NCBI GenBank assembly: GCA_038106525.1
Contig: JAYOEC010000003.1
Span: 1-61,701, forward strand
Direction of reading: 5' to 3'
DNA from: Minisyncoccota bacterium
GTDB taxonomy: Bacteria; Patescibacteriota; Minisyncoccia; Phycocordibacterales; Phycocordibacteraceae
Length of the DNA: 61,701 nucleotides
Shown: positions 27,104 through 36,047 of the stretch, one piece after another
How positions within the stretch are numbered: position 1 is the stretch's first letter
How the letters are laid out: every line of letters begins with the position of its first letter
Notes under the pieces: model-generated
Told to the model about the DNA's origin: nothing
Database searches by the model: none
The model's input: only the letters and a program-made list of their open reading frames with translations
Made by a program: the position numbers and the translations under genes

Positions 27104-27325
27104 TTATTGTCGCCGCACAATGCGGGCGCGCCCCCCATATGGGTCAGTAACCAGGGTTACCGTATCGCCGACGAGCACGCGGATTCTGTGAAGCCGCATC
27201 TTACCGGCAAGGTAGGCAATAACCTCGCTGCCGTCGCCAAGCTCGACTCGGAAGAGAGCGTTTGGTAGCGTCTCAGTAACAAGTCCTACTACCTCGCTTT
27301 TGTCCTCAGAGTTCGTGTTTCCCAT
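27104..27325 (-). CDS. infA: translation initiation factor IF-1
   Basis: 73-aa S1-like OB protein with LPNALFRVELGDGSEVIAYLAGKMRLHRIRVLVGD. Confidence 0.95.
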   Translation of the reverse strand: MGNTNSEDKSEVVGLVTETLPNALFRVELGDGSEVIAYLAGKMRLHRIRVLVGDTVTLVTDPYGGRARIVRRQ

Positions 27326-27366
27326 GCGGTGCTGGTCCGTGGTGGGCCGGTCAATACTAGCAAATA

Positions 27367-28644
27367 CTAGGGGTTTTGGTCAAGAGCCCCTACGGTGGTG
27401 ACCGTAATCTTCCCCGGATCTTGTGGAGCCCTGGACATCCAAAATGGGTAGACCTCGACCGTGGGGTCAACCACCAGTGCAGGATACTGCTCGCGGATGG
27501 ACAGAAGATCCTCAGCCTCCTTCCCTGCAAGATCCATAGCAAGCTTTTCAGGGCTGAACGAAGCCACAAGATGTGCCATTCCAGAGAGTGCAAACGAGAT
27601 ATCTCCTCCCACACGCGGATCTCCAGAAACCGGAGTGTATGTAACCTCAGAAGGGTTTGCGAGCATAAGCGGCCACTCAAAGATGACGGATGTTCGGGCT
27701 GCAAGTTCGCGCGCTATGACACCGGTTTCAAAGACTGGAGCAAATGCAGTTCCAACCACTGTGAGCACCGCGCTCTCCCCCTCTGCCGCATCAGGTTCTT
27801 CACGATATGCAATCTGGAGCGAGTCTGGGAAAAAAGTGGTTCCAACAGGAATCTCTCCCTGCAGTCGCTCGCGGAGTCCGCGCTCAAGCGTAGCGCGAAG
27901 CTCAACCAACGCCTCGTCACGAACCGCTTTCTCAACTACTGCCCGCGTGCCGACAAACCCGCCCTCCATCGGAGTCTTAGAGCGGGCGGTCATTGAATCG
28001 AATTGTGGCGACCCCTTAAGTCCCGGAATCGTAAAAGTGGTTAGACCGGTATTGTACTTCTCGCCTGGTTGATCCGCATACACTACTGCCTCAATAGTTC
28101 CCGGGACCTTTTGTCCATCCTTCGTCGTATACCCCGGGACCGTGATTGGCGAATGGATTCGGTAGATATTCCCGTCCGGAGATTCAAAGCGGGTATTAGT
28201 GATGAGTCGTTGTGATTTAGTGCTATAGGCATTTGACACAATGATGGTTCCGGTCGCACGGTCCTCTGCAGCGACCGTCCCTGTTGCGGGAACTGTCTTC
28301 GATGCGCGATCCTCAAACGACATGAGCTGGTACTGGAGAGATGCGTCCCCACCGGCACCATAAGTGCCCGTACTATCGACCTCCCATTCCGCAATAGTTG
28401 CAGTAACCGTAGCAGTATGAAAGATAGTACTCATAAGTCCGATTGAGGCCCCAACAACAACCAAAGCCCCGATAATCACCGCAAGGAGTATAAAAAGTTT
28501 GCTGCGTCCGCCGTCGAGGCGCTGTGGCTGTGGCGGTAGTGGCGGCCGTGGTGGAGTCTGCTGTTCTTGCATCGGCTGCAGCGGCTGACGGATTGGCCTC
28601 GAGCGCGCAGGAGGGATGATGTCTTGAATACTTCGACCGTTCAT
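27367..28644 (-). CDS. hypothetical bitopic membrane protein with Pro-rich cytoplasmic N-tail
   Basis: 425-aa ORF. N-terminal SIQDIIPPARSRPIRQP...PPRPPLPPQPQ, one TM (LFILLAVIIGALVVVGASIGL), then about 350 aa outside the membrane. Has a 4-nt overlap with the upstream actin-like gene. Confidence 0.6.
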   Translation of the reverse strand: MNGRSIQDIIPPARSRPIRQPLQPMQEQQTPPRPPLPPQPQRLDGGRSKLFILLAVIIGALVVVGASIGLMSTIFHTATVTATIAEWEVDSTGTYGAGGDASLQYQLMSFEDRASKTVPATGTVAAEDRATGTIIVSNAYSTKSQRLITNTRFESPDGNIYRIHSPITVPGYTTKDGQKVPGTIEAVVYADQPGEKYNTGLTTFTIPGLKGSPQFDSMTARSKTPMEGGFVGTRAVVEKAVRDEALVELRATLERGLRERLQGEIPVGTTFFPDSLQIAYREEPDAAEGESAVLTVVGTAFAPVFETGVIARELAARTSVIFEWPLMLANPSEVTYTPVSGDPRVGGDISFALSGMAHLVASFSPEKLAMDLAGKEAEDLLSIREQYPALVVDPTVEVYPFWMSRAPQDPGKITVTTVGALDQNP

Positions 28645-29765
28645 AGTGTGGAGTATAACACGGGGGCACCAGGCAATACTGTTGCTGTCGACCGTTGCTC
28701 GTGGACAAAGAGCGCAGAAAGCGAAAGAGATGGATCAAATGTGCTGCCGTCAGTAACAGAAATATATGGGCGCAAAAAGTCGGTGGTTACCGGAGTCAGA
28801 CGGTACGGCATCGCAGCGCCATCCGGAATGACATGGGTGAACCACGAGATGCTATCTGGTTCAGAAATTATGAACCCTGAATGTGGGACCGGGATCTGCG
28901 CACCCGCGGCAGCAAGAAGCTCAGAAAATTTTTCTCGCCACGGCTGAGCTGCAGTCTCAAGTGCTGCAGCAACCTTTTGCATCTCTTCAGAACTTAACTC
29001 TGAATGCGCAAACATTGATAACCTGCTCATGCCGTCCGCAACATTTGAACCGCAAGCGCGCGCAATAGTCCGTGACCCATAGGGGAGTGAGCCTACAGTG
29101 CCAAGCGTCCGCGAACTGAACAATGCAATATCGGTTACTTCTGCTCCGACATCAATAAGGAGTCCAAACTCAGTTCCGGTGATGCGCGGGAGAACCTCGG
29201 CACATACCAGCGGAACAGTATGAAAGACAACCGTTGTGTGCGGAAGAACCGCCTCAACGGCATGACGAAGTGATTGCAGGACTGAATTGTCCGTCACACT
29301 CTCATACATAGTTATTTGTAGATTGCGCGCAAGGAGCCCGTGATGTACCGCGGTGTGATATCCGTTCGCGGAAACCAAAATAGGAAGCGACTCGAGTATC
29401 GCGTGCCCACTAGCAAGGCTTTTAGCATGCGCGGCAGCAGCCCGCTGCACCGAATGGCGCGTTACCGAAGCTGGACTCTCAGACTGCGATTGAATAGTGC
29501 GGATGGTTGCCTGAAACCACGGAGATGCAAGTATCACCGCGACAGCAGCGGGCTGCTCTTTGGCATACTCAGGAAGCAGTGCTGCAAGTGCCTCCTCAAG
29601 AGCATGCAACATCGCCCGAGCATCACGAACTTCTCCGGAACCAAACTGTATGCGCTTGATGCGACGCACTGCTGTCTGTGATGAAAAGTCAACGATGCAG
29701 GCCCCGAGAGATCCTGAGTCAATGTCAAGTACGAGTGCATGCTTTGCGTGCGCCATGCTCACCAT
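28641..29765 (-). CDS. divergent actin-like ATPase (ASKHA fold; FtsA/PilM-like)
   Basis: 374-aa ORF with phosphate-1-like LVLDIDSGSLGA and phosphate-2-like LLIDVGAEVTDIALF. No other recognisable domain. Confidence 0.55.
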   Translation of the reverse strand: MVSMAHAKHALVLDIDSGSLGACIVDFSSQTAVRRIKRIQFGSGEVRDARAMLHALEEALAALLPEYAKEQPAAVAVILASPWFQATIRTIQSQSESPASVTRHSVQRAAAAHAKSLASGHAILESLPILVSANGYHTAVHHGLLARNLQITMYESVTDNSVLQSLRHAVEAVLPHTTVVFHTVPLVCAEVLPRITGTEFGLLIDVGAEVTDIALFSSRTLGTVGSLPYGSRTIARACGSNVADGMSRLSMFAHSELSSEEMQKVAAALETAAQPWREKFSELLAAAGAQIPVPHSGFIISEPDSISWFTHVIPDGAAMPYRLTPVTTDFLRPYISVTDGSTFDPSLSLSALFVHEQRSTATVLPGAPVLYSTL

Positions 29766-29787
29766 TGTAGCCTACTGCTGCAATGGG

Positions 29788-31584
29788 CTACGCGATAACC
29801 GCCTTAATTCTGCGGACACCGGCCGCTACTGCCTCTTCTTTTTGGATGCTAAATCGTTTCCCCTCTGCGCCAAGCTCGGCAGTATTTGAAACATGCGGAC
29901 CACCGCAAAACTCGAGTGAGAAGTCGCCGATCTGATACACGCGCACCGTATCGCCATACTTTTCCTCAAAAAGACCGATGGCACCAAGTTTCTCTGCCTC
30001 AGCAAGCGGCATATCGCGGTAGTTCACCGCAAGCCCGCGCTGTATCTCATGATTCACCATATCCTCCACCATTTGCTTTTCCGTATCGGTCATCTTGCGG
30101 TCAAATGCAAAATCAAATCGCAACCGCTCCGGCGTGATGTTGGAACCGCGCTGCTCCACTGTAGGCCCGAGCACCATCTTGAGCGCCTTATGGAGTAAAT
30201 GTGTAGCGGTATGATACTTCACCGACGTCTCGCTATGATCAGCGAGTCCTCCTTTAAACTTTTGCTCAGCTCCCCTGCGCGAGAGCTCCTGATGTGCTTC
30301 CATCGCTGCCCTAAACTTTTCAAGGTCAACCGTTCTACCGCGTTCATGCGCAAGTTCGATTGTCATCTCGATTGGAAAACCGTAGGTCGAAAAGAGTATG
30401 AATGGATCTGTTCCCCGCTCAAACTCTTTCATCCCCTGCGCCAAGGTCTTTCGGAAGCGATCTTCCTCCTCGGTCAGCACTGCTACCATATGCGCGCGCT
30501 GCTCCACCAGCTTCGGAAAGGAGTCGCGATACGGGTCTACAACTGTGTCCACTAAATCCGACAAGGTCACCGTTTGTGCTGAGATGCGGTCAATGTGTGC
30601 GATGGCACGGCGAATGAGTCGCCGTAAAATATACCCTTGCTCGGTATTTGATGGAGTAACACGATCGCTGATCATAAATACCGCACCGCGGATATGATCC
30701 GCCACGATTCGGAACGAGCGAGTAAGTTGCGCATCGTCATACGGCGCTCCCGTGCGTTGTTCAAGCGCCGCAATCGTACGCCACAGCGTATCAATCCTAA
30801 ATACATCCGGGGTGTGGAGGGTCGCAGCGGCGAGCCGCTCGAGTCCGCCACCAAAATCGACATTCTGTTTTGGTAACGGCTTGAAAGTACCATCCGTCTG
30901 CTTCTGAAACTCCATGAACACCGAGTTTCCGATCTCCATGAATCTCCCGCAATCACAGTTCGGGTGACATTCCGGACCAAATGTCGGGTCATGCGCGGTC
31001 CCAAAATCATAAAACACTTCCGTGTCGGTACCGCCTGGCTCACCAGCAGGCATCTGGTCCGGCGTCCCCGAACGGCTCCACCAATTTTTTTTCGCGGGGT
31101 AAAAATGAATATGCTGCTCAGGAATGCCAAGTGACTTCCACAATTCGGCAGACTCGGTATCCCGTTTCAGTCCCATTGACGCATCCCCTTCAAAACAGGT
31201 TACCCAAAGCCGCTCCCGAGGGATCTGAAGCTCAGCAGTGAGAAACTCGTAAAACCATGAGATCTGTTCTTTTTTAAAGTAGTCACCAAATGACCAATTG
31301 CCAAGCATTTCAAAGGTGGTGGTGTGACGATTGTCACCGATCTCCTCAATATCTCCGGCGCGAAATGATAATTGACTATTCGCCACCCTGGTTCCCTCTG
31401 GGTGCGGCTGGCCAAGAAAGTACGGGAGGAGGGGCTGCATCCCCGAAGAAACAAACAATGTTGTTGGGTCGTTTTCCGGCACCAACGGCGCAGCAGGAAT
31501 AATGACATGCCCGCGTGCGCGGAAAAAATCAAGGTACCTCTTGCGTATCTCATTAACCGTCATACTGCGCGTCAATGGTAACAA
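29788..31584 (-). CDS. alaS: alanyl-tRNA synthetase, short form lacking the C-Ala domain
   Basis: 598-aa ORF. Has the class II catalytic core (FFRARGH..PSAPLVP-type, FEMLGNWSFGDYFK) and editing-domain motifs HTATHLLHKAL and CGGPHV. It ends right after the editing domain. The likely start is ATG 31563. Confidence 0.9.
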   Translation of the reverse strand: MLPLTRSMTVNEIRKRYLDFFRARGHVIIPAAPLVPENDPTTLFVSSGMQPLLPYFLGQPHPEGTRVANSQLSFRAGDIEEIGDNRHTTTFEMLGNWSFGDYFKKEQISWFYEFLTAELQIPRERLWVTCFEGDASMGLKRDTESAELWKSLGIPEQHIHFYPAKKNWWSRSGTPDQMPAGEPGGTDTEVFYDFGTAHDPTFGPECHPNCDCGRFMEIGNSVFMEFQKQTDGTFKPLPKQNVDFGGGLERLAAATLHTPDVFRIDTLWRTIAALEQRTGAPYDDAQLTRSFRIVADHIRGAVFMISDRVTPSNTEQGYILRRLIRRAIAHIDRISAQTVTLSDLVDTVVDPYRDSFPKLVEQRAHMVAVLTEEEDRFRKTLAQGMKEFERGTDPFILFSTYGFPIEMTIELAHERGRTVDLEKFRAAMEAHQELSRRGAEQKFKGGLADHSETSVKYHTATHLLHKALKMVLGPTVEQRGSNITPERLRFDFAFDRKMTDTEKQMVEDMVNHEIQRGLAVNYRDMPLAEAEKLGAIGLFEEKYGDTVRVYQIGDFSLEFCGGPHVSNTAELGAEGKRFSIQKEEAVAAGVRRIKAVIA

Positions 31585-31608
31585 AAAACCGCGCAGTAGG
31601 AAACCGTA

Positions 31609-32868
31609 CTACATTGAGCCGACTTCCTTAGCACGACGAATCCGAAGGGATCGGAGCAGTCCATACCTAAATCGATAGTTGAGAAATGGGTTAAAGCCGC
31701 TTGGTTGCTCAGTGAATAACCGCAAGTACTCATTGCTTCGCTCAATGAGTGAATTGAGGCTGCCCTCTCCATGCTGCTGGCCGATGAGCTCAATGAGTAT
31801 CTTGTCCATTCCTTTTGGTTCACGCGCTGATTGCGCACCATATTGGAGACCTCTCAAATGTCGACCCCCAGCTGCCGCATCGGAAGTGAGAGGAGTAAAC
31901 TGCTCTTGAAGCTTGGTTTCAATTGCATCTTTTGCTTCCTTTGACCATGGCTGCCTTGATTTCCAAGCGCGCACCGCTCCAATTGCCCGCTGCAGTGGCG
32001 TACCAACATGCTTTTCTTTGACCGTCTCGCGACCTTGCATAAGACTCAACCGTATCTTTTTTCGAATTCGAGCCAAAGTAGTCTTTTGGATCCGCTCCAA
32101 AAGCTTTCTGTTGGTGAGGGCTATTCCGCCCAAGTATGCGAATGTCTCATCTACTTGCGTTACCCCAATTGAGGAACCTTCTTTAATGACATTTTTTCTG
32201 AGCGTTGATTTTCGAAAGTGGGAAGCGTGCGACCTCCCTAGATATATTCCGGTGTCAATGCACTGCTGTGCGATTTTCTTTGCATAGGCACGATTTGTAT
32301 CGCTGATACCACGGAAATTTGCATGCATCATCTCGTGTGCAAGGATTTCAGCTTGCATCCTTCCATCGCCCTGCGTGAATGCCACAGGAATGCGATCAGT
32401 TGGCCGTATGCCGAGTATGAGGTTAAAAAGCGGAAGGTTCCTTATAACTGCATGAATTGTCGGCTCGCGATATTCCCTTGTATTTAGGACTATTGACCCC
32501 TTCTCGTTGGAGTTTTCGTAGTAGTTGTACATTCCGGCTCCAAATTTGTACGGATGAAGGTCGGCCCAAACAACCCCGCGACTATGTTCGTCTCCACCAT
32601 AAAGTCTGCGCAGTATTCCCTGAACAAGTCTGCCGAGCGGGCGGCGCCACTTGAGCTTTACTACTGATCCGACACGATCAGTCGGGAGTCCCAGTGTCTC
32701 CATTGCCCTACGAAGGAAGTCTGCCTCAGTATACTCGAAAGTATTTTCCTTATTGAGCACTTCATACACATCAGCAAAAAGCCAGTGGAAGAGATACTCC
32801 GCAGTACCCCTCAGCCCGCGATGCGCAGGATAAAATTTTTCCCTAAAAAATATTTTTTCTGATGCCAT
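31609..32868 (-). CDS. hypothetical protein with HExxH zinc-metallopeptidase motif
   Basis: 419-aa ORF with no signal peptide or TM. Has a single AEILAHEMMHANF motif and a basic C-terminal half. Confidence 0.5.
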   Translation of the reverse strand: MASEKIFFREKFYPAHRGLRGTAEYLFHWLFADVYEVLNKENTFEYTEADFLRRAMETLGLPTDRVGSVVKLKWRRPLGRLVQGILRRLYGGDEHSRGVVWADLHPYKFGAGMYNYYENSNEKGSIVLNTREYREPTIHAVIRNLPLFNLILGIRPTDRIPVAFTQGDGRMQAEILAHEMMHANFRGISDTNRAYAKKIAQQCIDTGIYLGRSHASHFRKSTLRKNVIKEGSSIGVTQVDETFAYLGGIALTNRKLLERIQKTTLARIRKKIRLSLMQGRETVKEKHVGTPLQRAIGAVRAWKSRQPWSKEAKDAIETKLQEQFTPLTSDAAAGGRHLRGLQYGAQSAREPKGMDKILIELIGQQHGEGSLNSLIERSNEYLRLFTEQPSGFNPFLNYRFRYGLLRSLRIRRAKEVGSM

Positions 32869-32890
32869 GATGCTACACTACCTCCAAGCA

Positions 32891-33103
32891 CTACCGGAGT
32901 ACGCCATTTACCCTTGCCTCGCGCTTTTGCTTCGCAACTTCAAAGTCGTTTTTGCACCTGCAGGTCATCTGGTGGAGTTTCTCTGAAATAAAGCTAATGC
33001 CGTTGGTTCCGCATGCTGTACACTCCCAAGTCTCGCAGCCATAGTGCTCAGCTTGCGATGCACCTGTGGCTCTGGTTCCAATGCGTATAATCTCTGCGCT
33101 CAT
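32891..33103 (-). CDS. small Cys-rich protein (possible zinc ribbon)
   Basis: About 70 aa from ATG 33103 (ORF track gives 33139). Carries CETWECTAC ... CRCKND. Confidence 0.4.
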   Translation of the reverse strand: MSAEIIRIGTRATGASQAEHYGCETWECTACGTNGISFISEKLHQMTCRCKNDFEVAKQKREARVNGVLR

Positions 33104-33154
33104 ATGACACAGGATATCACATATATTTACACCTGTCAATATCCTATGTATCGT

Positions 33155-34921
33155 CTAAGTCAACTGCTCCAGCCTATCAACATCAGCTGCAATTGACGCA
33201 AGACCCTCTTCAAATACTCGCGGAGAGCGCGTGTCGATGCCGATTTCTCCAAAGATGTCCTCTGGACTCTTGCTCTCCCCTGCAGTGAGAAATTGATCCA
33301 CTGACTCAATAAAATTCGGGTCGCGCTCAAGCGATCGATGGAGTGCCTTTGACACCAATTGGCCATACGCGTAACTGTAGACATAAAAGAATCGCCGAAT
33401 GTGCGAAATCGTAACAAAAAAGTTTCCGTCCTCCGGAACCAATGTCACGGACGGGCCGAGGTATGCAGCCATCTCCTCGTTCATCAATTCAGCAATCCTC
33501 TGCTTCGGGACATATCCATCACGACGGACTGCTGCATGTAGCCGTTCCTCAAAACGGAAGAATGCAATTTGCCTAAAAATAGTAGCAATGTCGTCCTGAA
33601 GTATATTGTGGAGTGCAATAACTCTTTTTGATACCGGAAGTTGCTCAATAACCCTCCGCATGGTCGCGTACTCAAAAAAGGTGCTTGCAGTTTCTGCAGT
33701 CGAAGTGCTGTGACCTTGGTACAAGGGCGGCTGGAGCTTGGCTCGCTCGGCGTGGACAGCATGGCCCATCTCGTGCCCAAGAGTCTTAAGCGATTCAAAC
33801 GAGTTGGTGTGATTCAAAAGAACGAAAGTCGGCGTGGTAATCCCTGACGAACAGTACGCACCGCCTGTCTTACCGCGCCGCGGCAGAACATCAACCTGTC
33901 GATTTTGTATTAGCTGATCAAATATTTCGCCGTACAGAGGCTTGAGACCATAAAAGACTCCTCGAGCCACCGATGCCGCCTGCTCAAAACTGAATGTGGC
34001 ACCTACCGAGCCGACTTCTGCCGCACGGTCTGCATAGGTTAACTTCCGTTCCTTGAGCAGTCGGGTTTTGATCTTATAAAAACGATGCGCGATGTCCTGA
34101 TGTTTGGATACGGTCTCAACGAGCGTGCGGACTGCCGCAAGGTCATTTTGGTAACTGCGGACCGTTGCCTCGTACGGAGCCTGATAGCCGCGGAGTTCGT
34201 CGTCAATTTTCTTGTTCGTATATATTGCGTTCAGTTCGCTTTCTGCAACATCAGCGACACTACCGTACACTTCGCGGACCGACGCATACAGCGCGCGGCG
34301 CGCCTTGGTCGGGAGATGCGCATATGTCGCCTCTGCCTTTGGAAGCGGCAGCTCTTCGCCGCGCCAACGAACGATTTTACTGTTCAAAATGTTCTCTGTT
34401 GCCTGAATCCACCTGCCGTACGAAACATCCGCCTTCAGTGAGAGAATCCGCTCCTCGGGCTCTGACAAATCATATTTTGCGTTTTCGAAAAGTTGGATCA
34501 GGAAGTATCGATATGGTGCGAGTTCGGCGGACTTTAATACAATGTCTTGGCGGTCCTCGGAGATCTTTCCGATGCGCAGAGCAAAAAAAAGAAGCTTGTT
34601 CGAGCGGCGAGTCGCTCGCTCGGTGAGCAGAGCCTGCAGTGCTTCCGCGCCTTTGTCTGAAATAGCAAGATCCTTGCGGTAAAAGGCATAGTAACTTGCA
34701 TGTGCTGCCCTGAGCGTACTCAGCGCTTCATACTCGCGCAGCGCCTCAGCAAGCTCTGAGGGCTGCTCGAGCCAAGCCTGAGACTGCTGATATTTGCTCT
34801 CAAAGGCAAGAACTGCGTCGTCAGCTTCCTGCTGATCTTCTTCAATCCGCGGATCGTCAAGGCCGGTGTAGAGCACCGAGAGATCCCAGGTCGGCGCCTT
34901 TGAGGCAGTCTGCCCCGACAT
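33155..34921 (-). CDS. pepF: oligoendopeptidase F (M3B)
   Basis: HEMGHAVH zinc motif and PepF-like length. Start set at ATG 34921 (MSGQTASKAPTWDLSVLY), which is preceded by AAGAGGG. The ORF-track extension to 35185 overlaps ung and looks non-coding. Confidence 0.85.
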   Translation of the reverse strand: MSGQTASKAPTWDLSVLYTGLDDPRIEEDQQEADDAVLAFESKYQQSQAWLEQPSELAEALREYEALSTLRAAHASYYAFYRKDLAISDKGAEALQALLTERATRRSNKLLFFALRIGKISEDRQDIVLKSAELAPYRYFLIQLFENAKYDLSEPEERILSLKADVSYGRWIQATENILNSKIVRWRGEELPLPKAEATYAHLPTKARRALYASVREVYGSVADVAESELNAIYTNKKIDDELRGYQAPYEATVRSYQNDLAAVRTLVETVSKHQDIAHRFYKIKTRLLKERKLTYADRAAEVGSVGATFSFEQAASVARGVFYGLKPLYGEIFDQLIQNRQVDVLPRRGKTGGAYCSSGITTPTFVLLNHTNSFESLKTLGHEMGHAVHAERAKLQPPLYQGHSTSTAETASTFFEYATMRRVIEQLPVSKRVIALHNILQDDIATIFRQIAFFRFEERLHAAVRRDGYVPKQRIAELMNEEMAAYLGPSVTLVPEDGNFFVTISHIRRFFYVYSYAYGQLVSKALHRSLERDPNFIESVDQFLTAGESKSPEDIFGEIGIDTRSPRVFEEGLASIAADVDRLEQLT

Positions 34922-34982
34922 CACTGCCCTCTTCTTCAGCGGTGTGACTGCCCTCTTTCGCATAGGCATACTATAGCAATTC

Positions 34983-35669
34983 ATGTATCGTAGAGCTATG
35001 GAGCAAGAGGTCCGTCTTACTGCTGCGTGGCGTTCATTACTCTCGCACGAATTTTCGAAGCCATATTTTGCGGAACTCACCTCTCGCATCCGAGACGAGT
35101 ATCTGAGCGCCAGGGTGTATCCGCATCCAACAAGGCTATTCCGCGCACTCGACTTGGTACAGCCCGGCGAGGTTCGTGTGGTCATCCTCGGTCAGGACCC
35201 ATACCATACACCTGGGGTTGCGGATGGTCTTGCGTTTTCAAGCATGCCTGGCAGCAGGGTTCCGCCATCGCTGCAAAACATATTTAAGGAAATTGAGGCG
35301 GAGCTCGGCATTGTGTGCAAAAAGGATCCACACCTTGAGCGATGGGCCGAGCAGGGGGTTCTGCTCTTAAACGCAAGCCTTTCTGTCCGCGAGAATATGG
35401 CAAACTCGCACGCTGAGTACGGCTGGCATTACTTTACCGATGCCATAATCAGTGCACTGTCAGAAAAAGAGCACCACATTGTCTTTATGCTCTGGGGAGC
35501 GTTTGCTAGAAAAAAATCTGCGCTCATTGATGCATCGAAACACTTAGTACTTGAGTCAGCGCACCCCTCACCACTCTCAGCGCATAACGGATTCTTTGGT
35601 AACAACCACTTCAAGCTTGCGAACGAGTACCTGACCACCTACGGCCGCACTCCCATTAATTGGAGCTAA
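34983..35669 (+). CDS. ung: uracil-DNA glycosylase, family 1
   Basis: VVILGQDPYH (water-activating loop) and HPSPLSA (Leu-intercalation loop) motifs. An alternative ATG lies at 34998. Confidence 0.9.
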   Translation: MYRRAMEQEVRLTAAWRSLLSHEFSKPYFAELTSRIRDEYLSARVYPHPTRLFRALDLVQPGEVRVVILGQDPYHTPGVADGLAFSSMPGSRVPPSLQNIFKEIEAELGIVCKKDPHLERWAEQGVLLLNASLSVRENMANSHAEYGWHYFTDAIISALSEKEHHIVFMLWGAFARKKSALIDASKHLVLESAHPSPLSAHNGFFGNNHFKLANEYLTTYGRTPINWS

Positions 35670-35676
35670 GGGCAAA

Positions 35677-36012
35677 TCACTTAAAGTGCTCAGCAATATC
35701 TAGCTTTGCAAGTATTTCATTTGCAAAACCCTTTTTTACAAAAAGAATTTTATTATGTTTTCCTCGAACAAGGTGTGCATTTTCTTCATTACCTTTCAAA
35801 ATTCCAGCAAGCCCAATGAGTTTTATCTTCAACAATTTTTTTATTTTATTATTTCCATCTATGGATTCTCTATTATTACGCAAGCAAAAGCTTACTGAAT
35901 CAGAACTAGCCCCAGGTCCACTAACAAGAGAACGGGCAATCCTTTGACAGAGAATCCCAAACTCCACATATGCTTTTGGATCTGCTGGATGCTCTCTCTT
36001 ATTGTATGCCAT
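35677..36012 (-). CDS. hypothetical basic 111-aa protein in a low-GC islet
   Basis: The ORF is visibly A+T-rich compared with its neighbours. No motif was recognised. It is preceded by a perfect consensus promoter. Confidence 0.55.
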   Translation of the reverse strand: MAYNKREHPADPKAYVEFGILCQRIARSLVSGPGASSDSVSFCLRNNRESIDGNNKIKKLLKIKLIGLAGILKGNEENAHLVRGKHNKILFVKKGFANEILAKLDIAEHFK

Positions 36013-36018
36013 TCTTAT

Positions 36019-36047
36019 ATTATATCACCACGAATGTAGCTTGTCAA
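36019..36047 (-). promoter_or_regulatory. perfect consensus sigma70 promoter (leaderless configuration)
   Basis: Minus strand reads TTGACA (36047-36042), 17 nt, TATAAT (36024-36019), 6 nt (ATAAGA), then ATG at 36012. The -35 abuts the ogt stop codon (TAGTTGACA). Confidence 0.6.

Noticed and set aside
27376-28072. Two plus-strand ORFs of 203-206 aa
   Set aside because: They are antisense to the 425-aa membrane-protein gene, which is translationally coupled to its neighbours. Their translations are Ser/Arg-rich with no motifs.
34922-35185. N-terminal 88-codon extension of pepF from the ORF track
   Set aside because: The extension overlaps the ung start on the opposite strand, is Arg/Ser/Cys-rich, and has no SD. 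ATG 34921 has AAGAGGG upstream and gives a typical PepF N-terminus.
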